NCBI GenBank assembly: GCA_963716255.1
Contig: OY970303.1
Location: 5,824,001-5,888,000 of the forward strand
DNA from: an uncultured Gemmatimonadales bacterium
GTDB lineage: Bacteria > Gemmatimonadota > Gemmatimonadetes > Longimicrobiales > Longimicrobiaceae
Direction of reading: 5' to 3'
DNA: 64,000 nucleotides
Under the pieces are notes generated by a model that made no database searches, was not told where the DNA came from, and was given only the letters and a program-made list of their open reading frames with translations. A program made the translations under genes and the position numbers. Shown here in pieces: positions 1-10,991 of this stretch (its first letter is position 1; the number at the start of each line of letters is the position of its first letter).

Positions 1-1
1 G

Positions 2-3000
2 GGCGACGTGCTGGACGCGCACCGCGGCTGGTGGCGCGGGCGGCTGGCCGGCGCGCCCCCCGCGCTGGAGCTGCCGACGGACCGCCCGCGCCCCGCCGCG
101 TGGTCCGGCCGGGGCGCGGCTCACCCGTTCGCGCTCGCCCCGGAGCTGAGCGGCGCCCTCAAGGCGCTCGCCCGCGCCGAGGGCGCGACGCCGTTCATGG
201 TGCTGCTCGCCGCCTGGCAGGTGCTGCTCGGGCGCTGGTCCGGCCAGGACGACGTGGTCGTCGGCACGCCGGTGGCCGGGCGCACGGCGGCGGAGACGGA
301 GGGGCTGGTGGGGCTCTTCGTCAACACGCTGGCGCTGCGGGTCGACCTGTCCGGCGATCCCCCCTTCCGGGAGGTGGTCGCGCGGGTGCGGGACGCGGCG
401 CTGGGCGCGTACGCGCACCAAGAGCTCCCCTTCGAGCGGCTGGTGGAGGAGCTGGGCGTGCGGCGCGACCTGGCCCGCAACCCGGTCTTCCAGGTGGTGT
501 TCGCGCTCCAGAACACCCCCGGCCTCCCGGTGGAGATGAGCGGCGTGCGCCTGGAGGTGGAGGGCGCGGAAAGCGCCACCGCCAAGTTCGACCTGGCGCT
601 GGCGATGGCGGAGAGCGGCGATGGCTTCCAGGCCGCGCTGGAGTATGCGGTCGACCTGTTCGACCGGGAGACCGCCGAGCGGATGGCCGCGCACTTCCGC
701 GTGATCCTGGAGGGGATCGCCGCCGGCCCGTCGCGCCGCGTATCCGAGCTGCCGCTGGTGGAGCCGGCCGAGGCGCGGATGCTGGAGGCGTGGAGCGGGG
801 CGTCCGTGGCGCCGGCCGCCCCGTGGACGCCCGTCCACGAGCGGGTGCTCGCCCGCGCCGCGGAAGCGCCGCACGCCGTCGCGGTCGTCCTGGGCGACAC
901 GCGGACGACGTACGGCGAGCTGGCGCGCCGCTCCGGGGAGCTGGCCGCCCGCCTCGCCGCGCGCGGCGTGGGCCCGGAGACACGCATCGCGCTGCTGGCG
1001 GAGCGCTCGCCGGAGCAGGTCGCCGCGATGCTGGCCGTGCTCCGGGCCGGCGCGGCGTACCTCCCCATCGACCCGTCCACCCCCGACCGGCGCATCGCCC
1101 GCATCCTCGCCGACGCCGGAGTGCCGGTGGTGCTGACCCAGCGGCCGCTTGCGGGGCGGCTGGAAGGCTTCGGGGGCGAGGTCGTGCTGCTGGACCCGTC
1201 GAGCGAGCAGAACGGCGCGTCGGCGGCAGGTGCAGTTTCGCACTCGCCGTCCTCCCTTGCGTACGTCGTCTACACCTCCGGCTCCACCGGCACCCCCAAG
1301 GGCGTGGCCGTCACCCACGGCGGCCTGGCCAACCTGGTGGACTGGCACCTGGACGCGTTCGGCGTCACCGCGGCGGACCGGGCGACGCAGCTGGCCGGGC
1401 TCGGCTTCGACGCCGCCGTGTGGGAGACCTGGCCGTACCTGGTCGCGGGAGCCGAGCTGCACCTGGTGGCGGACGAGGAAGTCCGCGCGTCGCCGGAAGC
1501 GCTCCGCTCGCTCCTGCTGGACCGCGGCATCACCCTGGCGTTCGCGCCCACGGCGCTGGCCGAGACGCTGCTGGCGCTGGAGTGGCCGCGGGAGACGGCG
1601 CTGCGCGCGCTGCTCACCGGAGGCGACGCGCTGCGTGTCCGCCCGCGGCCCGGCGCCCCGTTCCGGCTGGTGAACAACTACGGTCCCACGGAAAGCACCG
1701 TGGTCGCCACCTCCGGCGTCGTCCCGCCGGCGGAGACCGGCCGGCCTCCCGCGATCGGAAGGCCCATCCGCGGCGTGCGGGCGATCGTGCTCGACGCGGC
1801 GCTGCGGCCGGCGCCCGTCGGCGTACCGGGCGAGCTGTGCGTGGGGGGCGCCCAGGTCGCGCGGGGATACCTGGGGCGGCCGGAGCCGACGGCGGCGGCG
1901 TTCGTCCCGGACCCGCTCGCGGGGGAGCCCGGCGCGCGGATGTACCGCACGGGGGACCGCGCCCGCTGGCTGGCGTCCGGCGAGCTGGAGTTCCTGGGGC
2001 GCCTGGACCAGCAGGTCAAGGTGCGCGGCTTCCGCATCGAGCCGGGCGAGGTGGAGGCCGCGCTCCTGGCGCACCCGTCGGTTCGCGAGGCCGTGGTCGT
2101 GGCGCGGGAGGCCGGCCCCGGCGACCGGCGCCTGGTCGCCTACGTCGTGGGCGCGGAGGGCACCGCCCCCGCCGCCGACGCGCTGCGCGCGCACCTGCGC
2201 GCCCGGCTCCCGGAGTACATGCTCCCGGCCGCCTTCGTCGCGCTCGCGGCGCTGCCGCTGACCGCGCACGGCAAGCTCGACCGCCGCGCCCTCCCGGAGC
2301 CGGAGCTGGACGCCGGGCGCGGCGGCGGGGACGCGCCGCGCTCGGTCACCGGGGAGCTGCTGGCAGGGATCTGGGCGGAATTGCTGGGCGGAGAGCCCGG
2401 CATGCAAGACGACTTCTTCGAGCTGGGCGGCCACTCGCTCCTGGCCGCGCAGGTGACGTCGCGCGTGCGCGCGGTGCTGGGCGTGGAGATGCCGCTGCGC
2501 GCGCTCTTCGAGGCGCCCACCCTGGCCGGGCTCGCCGCGCGTGTCGACGCCGCCGCCCGCGAGGCCGCGCCGCCCATTGAGCCCGCCCGCCGCGACGGGC
2601 CGGTGCCGCTCTCCTTCGCCCAGGAGCGGCTGTGGTTCCTGGGGCAGCTGGGGACGGACACCGCGGCGTACGTCATCCCCGGCGCGCTCCGCCTGCGCGG
2701 CGTGCTGGACGCCGCGGCGCTCGCCGGGAGCCTGGCGGAGATCGTCCGCCGGCACGAGGCGCTGCGCACCACCTTCGCCTTCGTGGACGGCCGGCCGGTG
2801 CAGGTGGTGAGCCCGCCGGGCGGCCTCGACCTCCCCGCCACCGACCTGTCCGGCCTTCCCGCGGAGGAGCGCGAGGACGCCATGCTGCGCCTTGCACGGG
2901 AGCAGACCGCGCGCCCCTTCGACCTGGCTCGCGGGCCGCTCTTCCGCGCCCGGCTCGTCCGCCTGGCGGCGGAGGAGCACGTGCTGCTCATCGTCGTGCA

Positions 3001-5770
3001 CCACGTCGTCGCGGACGGGTGGAGCATGGGCGTGCTCTTCGGCGAGCTGTCCGCCCTGTACGCCGCGTTCTCGCGCGGCGAGGCGTCGCCGCTGGCGCCG
3101 CTGCCGGTGCAGTACGCGGACTTCGCCCTGTGGCAGCGGCGGTGGCTGTCGGGGGCGGTCCTGGAGCGGCAGCTCGCCTGGTGGCGCGGGCGGCTGGCGG
3201 GGGCGCCGCCGCTCCTCGCCCTCCCCACGGACCGCCCGCGCCCGCCGGTGCAGCGCTTCCGCGGGGCGCTCGTCTACCGCTGGCTCCCGGACGCGCTGGC
3301 CGCGGATGCCCGGGCGCTCGCCCGGCGCGAGGGCGCGACGCCGTTCATGGTGTTCCTGGCCGCGTTCCAGGCGCTCCTCGCCCGCTACTCCGGCCAGGAC
3401 GACGTGTCCGTGGGGACGCAGGCGGCGGGGCGCACGCGCGCGGAAACGGAGGGGCTGATCGGCTTCTTCGTCAACACCCTTGTGCTGCGCTGCGACCTGT
3501 CGGACGATCCCGGCTTCGGCGCGCTGCTGGCGCGGGCGCGCGAGGCCGCGCTGGGCGCCCACGCGCACCAGGACGTCCCGTTCGACCGCGTGGTGGAGGC
3601 GCTGGAGCCCGAGCGCACCCTCAGCTACACCCCGCTCTTCCAGGCGCAGCTCGTCTTCCAGAACGTCCCCGGGCTGGCCGTGGAGCTGCCGGGGCTGTCC
3701 ATCGCCGGCGTGGACGTGGACCAGGGGACCAACAAGTTCGACCTGTCGCTGTACGTGCAGGAGACGCACCGGGGCACCCGCGCCACGCTGGGCTACGACA
3801 CCGACCTGTTCGACGCGGCCACGGCGGAGCGGATGCTGGCGCGCCTGGAGCTGCTGCTCGCCGGGGCGGCGGCGGACCCGGCGCGCCCGGTCTCCACGCT
3901 GCCGCTCCTGGACGCCGCCGAGCGCGCCGAGGTGGTGCACGCGTGGAACCGCACGGAGGCGGAGTATCCCCGCGGCGCCTGCCTGCACTCGCTCTTCGAG
4001 GCGCAGGTCCGCCGCGCTCCGGACGCCCTGGCGCTCCGCTTCCTGGGCCGGTCCATGACCTACGTCGAGCTGGACCGCCGCGCCAACCGGCTCGCGCATT
4101 GGCTGCGGCGGCGGGGCGTGGGGCCGGAGGTGAAGGTGGGCATCTGCATGGAGCGCGGCTTCGAGATGATGGTGGCGGTGCTGGGGATCCTCAAAGCCGG
4201 CGGCGCCTACGTCCCCGTGGACCCGCTCTTCCCGGCGGACCGCATCGCCTTCACGCTGGGCGACGCGGGCGTGCGCACGGTACTCACGCAGGAGAGCGTG
4301 CGCGACAGCGTCCCCGCAGGGCTGGAGGCGCTCCGCCTGGACGCGGATGCGGACGTGCTCGCCGGCGAGGCGGAGGCCGCTCCGGAGGTCGCCGTGGAGT
4401 CCGCCAGCCTGGCGTACGTGCTGTACACCTCCGGCTCCACGGGGCGTCCCAAGGGCGTGCTGGTGGCGCACAGGGGGATGGTCAACCTGGTGGTGGACCA
4501 GGCGCGCGTCTTCGGCTGCGGGCCGGAGGACCGCGTCCTCCACTTCGCCCCGCTGCACTTCGACGCCTCCGCCGCGGAAATCTTCATGGCGCTGGGCTCG
4601 GGCGCCGCGGTGGTGCTGGGGACGCGCGAGGCGGTGCTCCCCGGGCCGGAGCTGGTGAGGCTGCTGCGCGAGGAGCGTGTGACCAACGCCAAGTTCACTC
4701 CCTCGGCGCTGGCGGCGCTCCCGGAGGCGGAGCTCCCCGACCTGCGCGTGGTGCTCGCCGGCGGCGAGGCGGTCCCGGCGGAGCTGGTGCGGCGCTGGGG
4801 GCCGGGGCGGGCCTTCTGGAACGTGTACGGTCCCACGGAGAACAGCGTCCGCATCTCCTTCGGCGCGTGCCGGCCGGAGGAGGATCGCATCCCGCCCATC
4901 GGCCGCCCGCTGGCCAACGTGCGCGCCTACGTGCTGGACCGCCACCTGGAGCCCGTCCCGCCGGGGATCCCGGGCGAGCTGTACTCCGCCGGCGACGGGG
5001 TGACGCGCGGCTACCTGGGGCGGCCGGACCTCACGGCCGAGCGCTTCCTCCCCGACCCGTTCGGCGCGGCCGGCGGGCGCCTGTACCGCACGGGCGACCT
5101 GGCGCGCTGGCGCGCGGACGGGGAGCTGGAGTACATCGGCCGCACCGACTTCCAGGTGAAGATCCGCGGCTTTCGCATCGAGCCCGGCGAGGTGGAGGCG
5201 GTGCTCGCCCGGCACCCCGCGGTGCACGAGTGCGCGGTGGTCGCGCGGGACGAGGGGCGCGGGCCGTACCTGGCCGGCTACGTGGTGGCGGCGGAGGGCA
5301 CGCATCCCACGACGGCGGAGCTGCGCGCCTTTCTCCGCGAACGGCTGCCCGAGTACATGGTGCCGCCGGGGATCGTGCTGCTGGATGCCATTCCGCTGGG
5401 CCCCAGCGGCAAGCTGGACCGGCGCGCCCTCCCGGCTCCGACGCTGGAGGCGGAGGCGGGGTTCGTCGCCCCGCGCGAGGGGCTGCAGGAGGCCATCGCG
5501 GCGGTGTGGAGCGAGGTGCTTGGGGTGGACCGGGTGGGGGCCGCGGACAACTTCTTCGAGATCGGCGGGCACTCGCTGCTGCTGGTGAAGCTGCACGCCC
5601 GCCTGCGCGAGACGCTGGGGCGCGAGGTCGCCATCGTGGAGCTGTTCCGCTTCCCCACGGTCGCCTCGCTCGCCGCGCACCTGGAGCCTGGCGGCGAGGC
5701 GGAGGCGCCCGACCCGCGCGGCCGCGACCGCGCGGCCATGCGCCGGGCCATGTCGCGACGGCGGGGGTGA
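2..5770 (+). CDS. Non-ribosomal peptide synthetase, 5'-truncated by the window: (partial C)-A-PCP-C-A-PCP, no thioesterase
   Basis: A-domain motifs YTSGSTGxPKG and YGPTE (twice), PCP motifs FFELGGHSL and [10 protein letters not shown]-domain motif HHVVADGWS. Confidence 0.97.
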   Translation, partial: GDVLDAHRGWWRGRLAGAPPALELPTDRPRPAAWSGRGAAHPFALAPELSGALKALARAEGATPFMVLLAAWQVLLGRWSGQDDVVVGTPVAGRTAAETEGLVGLFVNTLALRVDLSGDPPFREVVARVRDAALGAYAHQELPFERLVEELGVRRDLARNPVFQVVFALQNTPGLPVEMSGVRLEVEGAESATAKFDLALAMAESGDGFQAALEYAVDLFDRETAERMAAHFRVILEGIAAGPSRRVSELPLVEPAEARMLEAWSGASVAPAAPWTPVHERVLARAAEAPHAVAVVLGDTRTTYGELARRSGELAARLAARGVGPETRIALLAERSPEQVAAMLAVLRAGAAYLPIDPSTPDRRIARILADAGVPVVLTQRPLAGRLEGFGGEVVLLDPSSEQNGASAAGAVSHSPSSLAYVVYTSGSTGTPKGVAVTHGGLANLVDWHLDAFGVTAADRATQLAGLGFDAAVWETWPYLVAGAELHLVADEEVRASPEALRSLLLDRGITLAFAPTALAETLLALEWPRETALRALLTGGDALRVRPRPGAPFRLVNNYGPTESTVVATSGVVPPAETGRPPAIGRPIRGVRAIVLDAALRPAPVGVPGELCVGGAQVARGYLGRPEPTAAAFVPDPLAGEPGARMYRTGDRARWLASGELEFLGRLDQQVKVRGFRIEPGEVEAALLAHPSVREAVVVAREAGPGDRRLVAYVVGAEGTAPAADALRAHLRARLPEYMLPAAFVALAALPLTAHGKLDRRALPEPELDAGRGGGDAPRSVTGELLAGIWAELLGGEPGMQDDFFELGGHSLLAAQVTSRVRAVLGVEMPLRALFEAPTLAGLAARVDAAAREAAPPIEPARRDGPVPLSFAQERLWFLGQLGTDTAAYVIPGALRLRGVLDAAALAGSLAEIVRRHEALRTTFAFVDGRPVQVVSPPGGLDLPATDLSGLPAEEREDAMLRLAREQTARPFDLARGPLFRARLVRLAAEEHVLLIVVHHVVADGWSMGVLFGELSALYAAFSRGEASPLAPLPVQYADFALWQRRWLSGAVLERQLAWWRGRLAGAPPLLALPTDRPRPPVQRFRGALVYRWLPDALAADARALARREGATPFMVFLAAFQALLARYSGQDDVSVGTQAAGRTRAETEGLIGFFVNTLVLRCDLSDDPGFGALLARAREAALGAHAHQDVPFDRVVEALEPERTLSYTPLFQAQLVFQNVPGLAVELPGLSIAGVDVDQGTNKFDLSLYVQETHRGTRATLGYDTDLFDAATAERMLARLELLLAGAAADPARPVSTLPLLDAAERAEVVHAWNRTEAEYPRGACLHSLFEAQVRRAPDALALRFLGRSMTYVELDRRANRLAHWLRRRGVGPEVKVGICMERGFEMMVAVLGILKAGGAYVPVDPLFPADRIAFTLGDAGVRTVLTQESVRDSVPAGLEALRLDADADVLAGEAEAAPEVAVESASLAYVLYTSGSTGRPKGVLVAHRGMVNLVVDQARVFGCGPEDRVLHFAPLHFDASAAEIFMALGSGAAVVLGTREAVLPGPELVRLLREERVTNAKFTPSALAALPEAELPDLRVVLAGGEAVPAELVRRWGPGRAFWNVYGPTENSVRISFGACRPEEDRIPPIGRPLANVRAYVLDRHLEPVPPGIPGELYSAGDGVTRGYLGRPDLTAERFLPDPFGAAGGRLYRTGDLARWRADGELEYIGRTDFQVKIRGFRIEPGEVEAVLARHPAVHECAVVARDEGRGPYLAGYVVAAEGTHPTTAELRAFLRERLPEYMVPPGIVLLDAIPLGPSGKLDRRALPAPTLEAEAGFVAPREGLQEAIAAVWSEVLGVDRVGAADNFFEIGGHSLLLVKLHARLRETLGREVAIVELFRFPTVASLAAHLEPGGEAEAPDPRGRDRAAMRRAMSRRRG

Positions 5771-5975
5771 CCGCGGGCACCGCCGCGCGGAGTCCACCTC
5801 TGGAAAAACGTTGAAATGGCCGGGCCGGCGATCTACTCTGATGTCTCCGGCGGGGCATCGCCTGATTCACTTCAACGTCGGGGCCTGGACATGAGAGCTC
5901 ACCTGGACGACGGGACTTCCACGCAGCTCGACGACCTGAGGGATCACTACAGGGAGCTGGGTCGCACTCTCGTCG

Positions 5976-6752
5976 ATGATGGTTGCGATCCTGGCTACGT
6001 GGATCTCGTACCTTATTTTCAAGCGTAGCTTGAGGGCGAGCGCACGGCCCGTACTTGTCTTCTCCATGTCGGGTAACATCGAGTGGACGATTACGAATGT
6101 GGGGAGTGGGGCAGCTGTTGATGTCCTAGTAGGCGACCGGGCACGGGACGGTTCTTTCGTCAGCATAACCAACTGCTATCCGCTTCCGATTGGTGGACAA
6201 CTGGATTTGACCTGGCTCCGGGCAGGCAATCAACTGGTCGTCGTATACAGAGATATTTACGGCGGCATATTTACCACACTGTGCTCGCGTAATCGAAACA
6301 CGATACACCACGGCGACTTGTTTCCCGAATGGGTCGCAGATAGTCAACAGTGGACGTTTGCGCGCCATCGTGCAGGTGCTCGTGAAAGCCAACTTCGTCC
6401 CATCCATCTCCACGGCAAATCCACGTGGGAACTAGAGGTCATGCAGAACGAACCGTTTGCACGCCGCGGGTGCGAGTTTAAAAAGCAGGCTCTCGACGAG
6501 TATTTTCGCTCGCAAACCTGGTATGTGCCTCGTGCAAGAGATCAGGCCGCCGCCGCTCAGGATTTCAGTGAGGCCGAAAAATTTGAGGTAGATCTCATAT
6601 CGGTCTACCAGAAGGACCATCGTCCGCAGATACAATCACAGGCGTCGAGCGGTCGTGTTGGAAGAATCCGAGCGAGGGTAGCCACCTTGTTCCCGCAGGT
6701 CGGAATCAAATCGGCTCCTCCCATCCGTCAGAAGCCAACATCAGCTTTTTGA
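5976..6752 (+). CDS. Membrane-anchored protein with a C-terminal YARHG-like domain, in a lower-GC segment
   Basis: Hydrophobic N-terminus; ELEVMQNEPFARRGCEFKKQALDEYFRSQTWY resembles the YARHG consensus; start codon uncertain. Confidence 0.65.
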   Translation: MMVAILATWISYLIFKRSLRASARPVLVFSMSGNIEWTITNVGSGAAVDVLVGDRARDGSFVSITNCYPLPIGGQLDLTWLRAGNQLVVVYRDIYGGIFTTLCSRNRNTIHHGDLFPEWVADSQQWTFARHRAGARESQLRPIHLHGKSTWELEVMQNEPFARRGCEFKKQALDEYFRSQTWYVPRARDQAAAAQDFSEAEKFEVDLISVYQKDHRPQIQSQASSGRVGRIRARVATLFPQVGIKSAPPIRQKPTSAF

Positions 6753-7035
6753 ACCAGTCACACTCTTCCGCTCGGTTCATCGCGCATTGTAACCGACACG
6801 TTCATCTGCTGACGAAGGGTGTAAAACCCAAGAAAGCTGAACCGGCGCGGGGCCTTGGCGGCCCTGCGCCGGTTGCTCTTTATCCAGCCCTGATCAGCCG
6901 CGCATCCAGAGGCTGTGGTAGAAGCGGGTGTAGAAACTTGGCGCCCGTACCGTCCTTGACGTCGAACTGGCCGTCGCCGTTGCCGTAGATGCCGCCGGGG
7001 TCGCTGGCTCGGCAGGAGACGCTCCGGCCCGGGGG

Positions 7036-8748
7036 CTACCCGGCCTCCAGGTGCAGCCGGCGGCAGCGGGGATACGGGAAGAAGTCGGGGATCTCGCCCG
7101 CCGCCTGCCGGCGCTGCATCTCGCGCCAGAAGCCCACGGTGAGCAGGTCGGCGTGGGCCTCCAGGAAGGCTTCGCGGAGGGGCCCGGCGGGAACCAGGAA
7201 GGGGAGGAACTCCTCCGGGAACACGTCCCCCTCGTCCACCGAGAACCAGGGGTCGGCGCTCATCTCGTCCTCGTCGTTGCGCGCCACGGGGAGCGGGCGG
7301 AAGCGGACCTCCGAAAGGAGCGCCAGCTCGTCGTAGTCGTAGAAGATGACCCGGCCGTGCCGTGACACTCCGAAGTTCTTGAGGAGCAGGTCGCCCGGGA
7401 AGATGTTGGCGGAGGCCAGGTCCTTGATGGCGTTGCCGTACTCCACCACGGCCGCGCGCGCCGCCTCCGGGGTGGCCTCTCGCAGGTACAGGTCCAGCGG
7501 GCGCAGCCGCCGCTCCGTGTACAGGTGGCGGATCACCACGCGGCCGCCGGCCAGACGCACGCTCTCCCCCGCCTCTCCCAGCAGCTCGTCCAGCAGCTCC
7601 GGCGCGAAGCGCTCGCGCGGAAAGTCCAGGTGCTCGAACTCCTGCGCGTCCGCCAGCCGCCCCACCCGGTCGTGCGCGAACACCAGCCGGTAGCGGTTCA
7701 TCACCCGGTCGCGCGTGACGCTCTTTGGCGCGGCGAAGCGGTCGCGGATCACCTTGAACACCACGTTGTAGGCGGGGAGGGTGAACACGGTCATCACCAG
7801 CCCCCGCACCCCCTCCGCCGGCTCGAAGCGCGCGTCCGGCTCGGCGAGCTGACGCGTCAGCTCGCGGTACAGCTCCGTCTTGCCGTGGCGGTTGTGGCCC
7901 AGGCTGTTGTACAGCTCGTTGACCGGCTTCGCGGGCATCAGCGAGCGAAGGAATTCCACCGTCTCGCGCACCCGGGCGGAGTCGGCGTGGAAGTACGAGC
8001 GCGCGAAGCTGAAGACCACGTGGATCTCGTCCGGTGCCGTGAGCACCGCGTCCGGCCTCACCCCCTCCGGCGGGTGGCCGAGCGGGACCACCAGCGGACG
8101 CACCCCGCCGGAGGCCAGCCGCAGCCGCGCCACCAGGTACGCGCCCTTGTTGCGGAAGAAGGGGAAGGGAAGCACCTCCGCCGCGCGCGCGGCGTCCGCC
8201 TGCGCGCCCAGCTGCTCCCGCGCCGCCCGGGCGCAGAGCGCCGCGTCGCCGGGCAGGTCGGCGAAGTCGCCCGCCAGCCCGGTGTCCGCGAAGATCCGCT
8301 CGAAGAGCTCCGGGGACACGCCCCGCGCCGCGTACTCGCGGTGCAGCGGGGGCGCTAAGGGCATGGGCCACGACTCGCAGTCGGCGGTGAACTCGCTGCG
8401 GCGGTCCACCCCCACGGTTCCCAGCACCCGCCGCACCACGGAGTTGAAGAAGGTGCCCGCCATCTCGGCGTCGGGGCGGCCGCGCACCAGGGCGGCGTAC
8501 CGCGCCTTGAAGGCGGCCTCCCCCGGCGCGCCCGCGGGCGGGGCGGGGACCCGGCCGCGCAGCTCGCCGACCACGCGCCCCACCTCGCGCGGGTACACGG
8601 TCAGCCGCTCCGCGGCGTCCTCCTGCGCGGCGCGCCACTCGCGCCGCAGGAAGCGGCCGGGCGCGCGCCGCGTCACCTCGCCGAAGGCGGCGAGGTACGC
8701 CTCGAACGCGGCGAGGATCGCCTCCGCGGTGTCCGCTTCTCCCGTCAT
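7036..8748 (-). CDS. aceK: Isocitrate dehydrogenase kinase/phosphatase
   Basis: FFNSV, FSFARSYF, HGKTELYR, VFKVIRDRF, HDRVGRLADAQEF, IFPGDLLLKNFGVSRHGRVIFYDYDEL. Confidence 0.95.
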   Translation of the reverse strand: MTGEADTAEAILAAFEAYLAAFGEVTRRAPGRFLRREWRAAQEDAAERLTVYPREVGRVVGELRGRVPAPPAGAPGEAAFKARYAALVRGRPDAEMAGTFFNSVVRRVLGTVGVDRRSEFTADCESWPMPLAPPLHREYAARGVSPELFERIFADTGLAGDFADLPGDAALCARAAREQLGAQADAARAAEVLPFPFFRNKGAYLVARLRLASGGVRPLVVPLGHPPEGVRPDAVLTAPDEIHVVFSFARSYFHADSARVRETVEFLRSLMPAKPVNELYNSLGHNRHGKTELYRELTRQLAEPDARFEPAEGVRGLVMTVFTLPAYNVVFKVIRDRFAAPKSVTRDRVMNRYRLVFAHDRVGRLADAQEFEHLDFPRERFAPELLDELLGEAGESVRLAGGRVVIRHLYTERRLRPLDLYLREATPEAARAAVVEYGNAIKDLASANIFPGDLLLKNFGVSRHGRVIFYDYDELALLSEVRFRPLPVARNDEDEMSADPWFSVDEGDVFPEEFLPFLVPAGPLREAFLEAHADLLTVGFWREMQRRQAAGEIPDFFPYPRCRRLHLEAG

Positions 8749-8835
8749 GCGTCGCTCCGGTGCGGGTCCGGCCCGGCGCGACGAAAGATCCGGGCCGCAC
8801 CCGCCCCGCCCGCGCGTGAGGCCGGGGGGCGCCGC

Positions 8836-9789
8836 TCAGTCGATGGGCTTCAGGTTCGCCACGATGGCGGCCCGCCGCGGCTCCAGGAAGGGCGGGAGCA
8901 CCACGCTCTCGCCGAGCGTGGCGGGATCCTCGTCCACCGCGAAGCCGGGGCCGTCCGTCGCGATCTCGAAGAGCACGCCGCCCGGCTCGCGGAAGTACAG
9001 GCTGCGGAAGTAGTAGCGGTCGATCTCGCCGCTGTTGGGAATGCGCATCTCGGCGAGGCGCGCGGCCCAGGCGTGGTACTCGTCCTCCGTGGGGGTACGG
9101 AACGCCACGTGGTGCACGCCCCCCGCCCCCGGGCCGACCACCGGGAGGTCGGGCTGCACGGCCACGTGCAGCTCCGCGTGGGGGCCGCCGGCCCCCATCT
9201 CGTACACGTGCACGGTGTGCCGCGCGCTCCCGGGGTGCGGGTACTCGCGAACCGGGCGCATCCCCAGCACGCGGGTGAGGACCGGGTCGGTGCGGCGCAG
9301 GTCGGGGACGCTCATCACGATGGGCCCCAGACCGCGCACCTGGTGCTCCGCCGGCACCGGGCTGCGCTCCCAGGGCACCGGCTCGTCCCCCAGGCCGCCG
9401 TCGTCCACCAGCGCCAGCCGCTGCCCCTCCGGGTCCTCGAAGTCCAGGGTGGGCCGCCCGTCGCGCTCCGCCACCTCGCCGGCGGCGACGCCGTGCTCCG
9501 CCAGGCGCGCGCTCCACCACTCCAGCGAGGCGGCGCCGTGCACGCGCAGCGAGGTGCGGGTGACGCTGTGCGTCCCCCGGCGCTCGCGCGGCACGCTCCA
9601 GTCGAAGAAGGTGAGGTCGTTGCCCGGCGAGCCGGCGGCGTCCGAGTAGAAGAGGTGGTAGGCGCTCACGTCGTCCTGGTTGACGCTGCGCTTCACCAGG
9701 CGCATCCCCATCACCCGCGTGTAGAAGCGGTGGTTGCCGCGCACGTCGGCGGTGACAGCGGTCAGGTGGTGGATTCCGGTGAGGTCCAT
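8836..9789 (-). CDS. Ring-cleaving dioxygenase, VOC/glyoxalase family (MhqA/MhqO-like)
   Basis: [64 protein letters not shown] at 9789. Confidence 0.92.
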   Translation of the reverse strand: MDLTGIHHLTAVTADVRGNHRFYTRVMGMRLVKRSVNQDDVSAYHLFYSDAAGSPGNDLTFFDWSVPRERRGTHSVTRTSLRVHGAASLEWWSARLAEHGVAAGEVAERDGRPTLDFEDPEGQRLALVDDGGLGDEPVPWERSPVPAEHQVRGLGPIVMSVPDLRRTDPVLTRVLGMRPVREYPHPGSARHTVHVYEMGAGGPHAELHVAVQPDLPVVGPGAGGVHHVAFRTPTEDEYHAWAARLAEMRIPNSGEIDRYYFRSLYFREPGGVLFEIATDGPGFAVDEDPATLGESVVLPPFLEPRRAAIVANLKPID

Positions 9790-10072
9790 GCGGCTCCGCG
9801 GTCGGGCAGGGGTGTGGAGTGCGCCCGCATCCGGGCGCGCGCGGGCGCCCGCGGCCCCCTGCAAGAAGCGCCGCCCTCCGCCGCTGTCAGAAACGGACCG
9901 CGTCGCGCGTTCTCCTTTTCGGGGGAGCGGCCAGGCTTCCATCCCTGCCGCCCCGGCGCAGCCGCCATGCACCGCACTACTCCCAACCGCGACCCGTCGT
10001 GCCGATCCTTCGCCCCACCCTGCGCACTCCCGCGTCCGCCGGCTCCCTGTCGCCGTTCCTGGGCTCTGGCGG

Positions 10073-10576
10073 CTAGTCCTCGCCCGGGGCCCGCGGGACT
10101 GCTTCCCCGGGCGCTTCGGCGGTGGGGTCCGGGTACGGGCGACGCGTCTCCGCCACGGCGCGCGTGCCCCGCGGCCGCCCTCCCTTCCTCCCGTTCTCCC
10201 GTGCGGCCGCCGCCTTGGCGTCGCTGGTGCTCCCGCCCAGGTACTTTCCGGCCCAGCGCCGCAGGTTGAAGCTCTGCGCGAGCAGCCCGGGCACGGAAAG
10301 GTCCTCGTCCAGCTCCTCCCAGTGCAGCCCCTCGCCCCCGGCCTCCACCTCCACCGCCGCGAGCTGGCCGGGCGCCGCGTTCGCCAGCCGGGGAGACACG
10401 CCGGGGGGAAAGCCAAACACGAAGCCGCCCACGAGCTCCAGCATCACCCGCCCGTTCACGGCGTCGTACCAGGCGCGCACGGCTCGCGGCTCCGTCGCGT
10501 CCGAGAGCAGCGCGTTGCTGCGCGCCCGGGGAATGTCCAGCCGGATCTCCTCGTCCGTCCGCGTGGTCCTAGCCAT
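10073..10576 (-). CDS. DUF2442-family antitoxin-like protein
   Basis: [17 protein letters not shown] and [16 protein letters not shown]; overlaps the upstream DUF4160 gene. Confidence 0.82.
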   Translation of the reverse strand: MARTTRTDEEIRLDIPRARSNALLSDATEPRAVRAWYDAVNGRVMLELVGGFVFGFPPGVSPRLANAAPGQLAAVEVEAGGEGLHWEELDEDLSVPGLLAQSFNLRRWAGKYLGGSTSDAKAAAARENGRKGGRPRGTRAVAETRRPYPDPTAEAPGEAVPRAPGED

Positions 10577-10811
10577 GGATCTCCTCCCACCGTTCCAGGA
10601 ATTCGCGCCAGTTCGCTTCCACGATCCTCACCGCGCGCACCACGTCCGGGTCGCGCATGGCCCTGACCTCCACCACCTCCGAGCCGGTGTCCTCGTCGCC
10701 CAGCGAAACCTTTGCCACGGCGCCGTCCCTGAGCACGTGCACGTGTGGCGGCTCGTGGTCGTGCGTGTAGATCCGGACGATGAAGCCGCCCTCCCGGTGA
10801 ATCGTCGGCAT
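10569..10811 (-). CDS. DUF4160-family toxin-like protein
   Basis: 80 aa with IYTHDHEPPHVHV and C-terminal [10 protein letters not shown]. Confidence 0.88.
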   Translation of the reverse strand: MPTIHREGGFIVRIYTHDHEPPHVHVLRDGAVAKVSLGDEDTGSEVVEVRAMRDPDVVRAVRIVEANWREFLERWEEIHG

Positions 10812-10991
10812 GAATATAACCTATCGTTGGGTTTCGTCAAGCTTCTCCCCCTCCGCCGCCGCCAACCCCATCTGAAAATGGGTCGGTCTCCCCATACGCG
10901 GGACCTTCCGGCCGGGTAATGTACGGGCACGGAGTGGCGGAATGCGACCGCCGGACGTACACGGACCCGACAGGGTCGAGGAGAGACCATC

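Noticed and set aside
31..5814. Long alternative-frame and antisense ORFs rich in Arg/Gly/Ala/Pro, here and throughout the window
   Set aside because: These are shadow ORFs of high-GC coding sequence that overlap well-supported genes and carry no motifs.
6878..7000. Possible minus-strand gene fragment (GIYGNGDGQFDVKDGTGAKF..)
   Set aside because: It is short, has no start codon and belongs to no family I can recognise.
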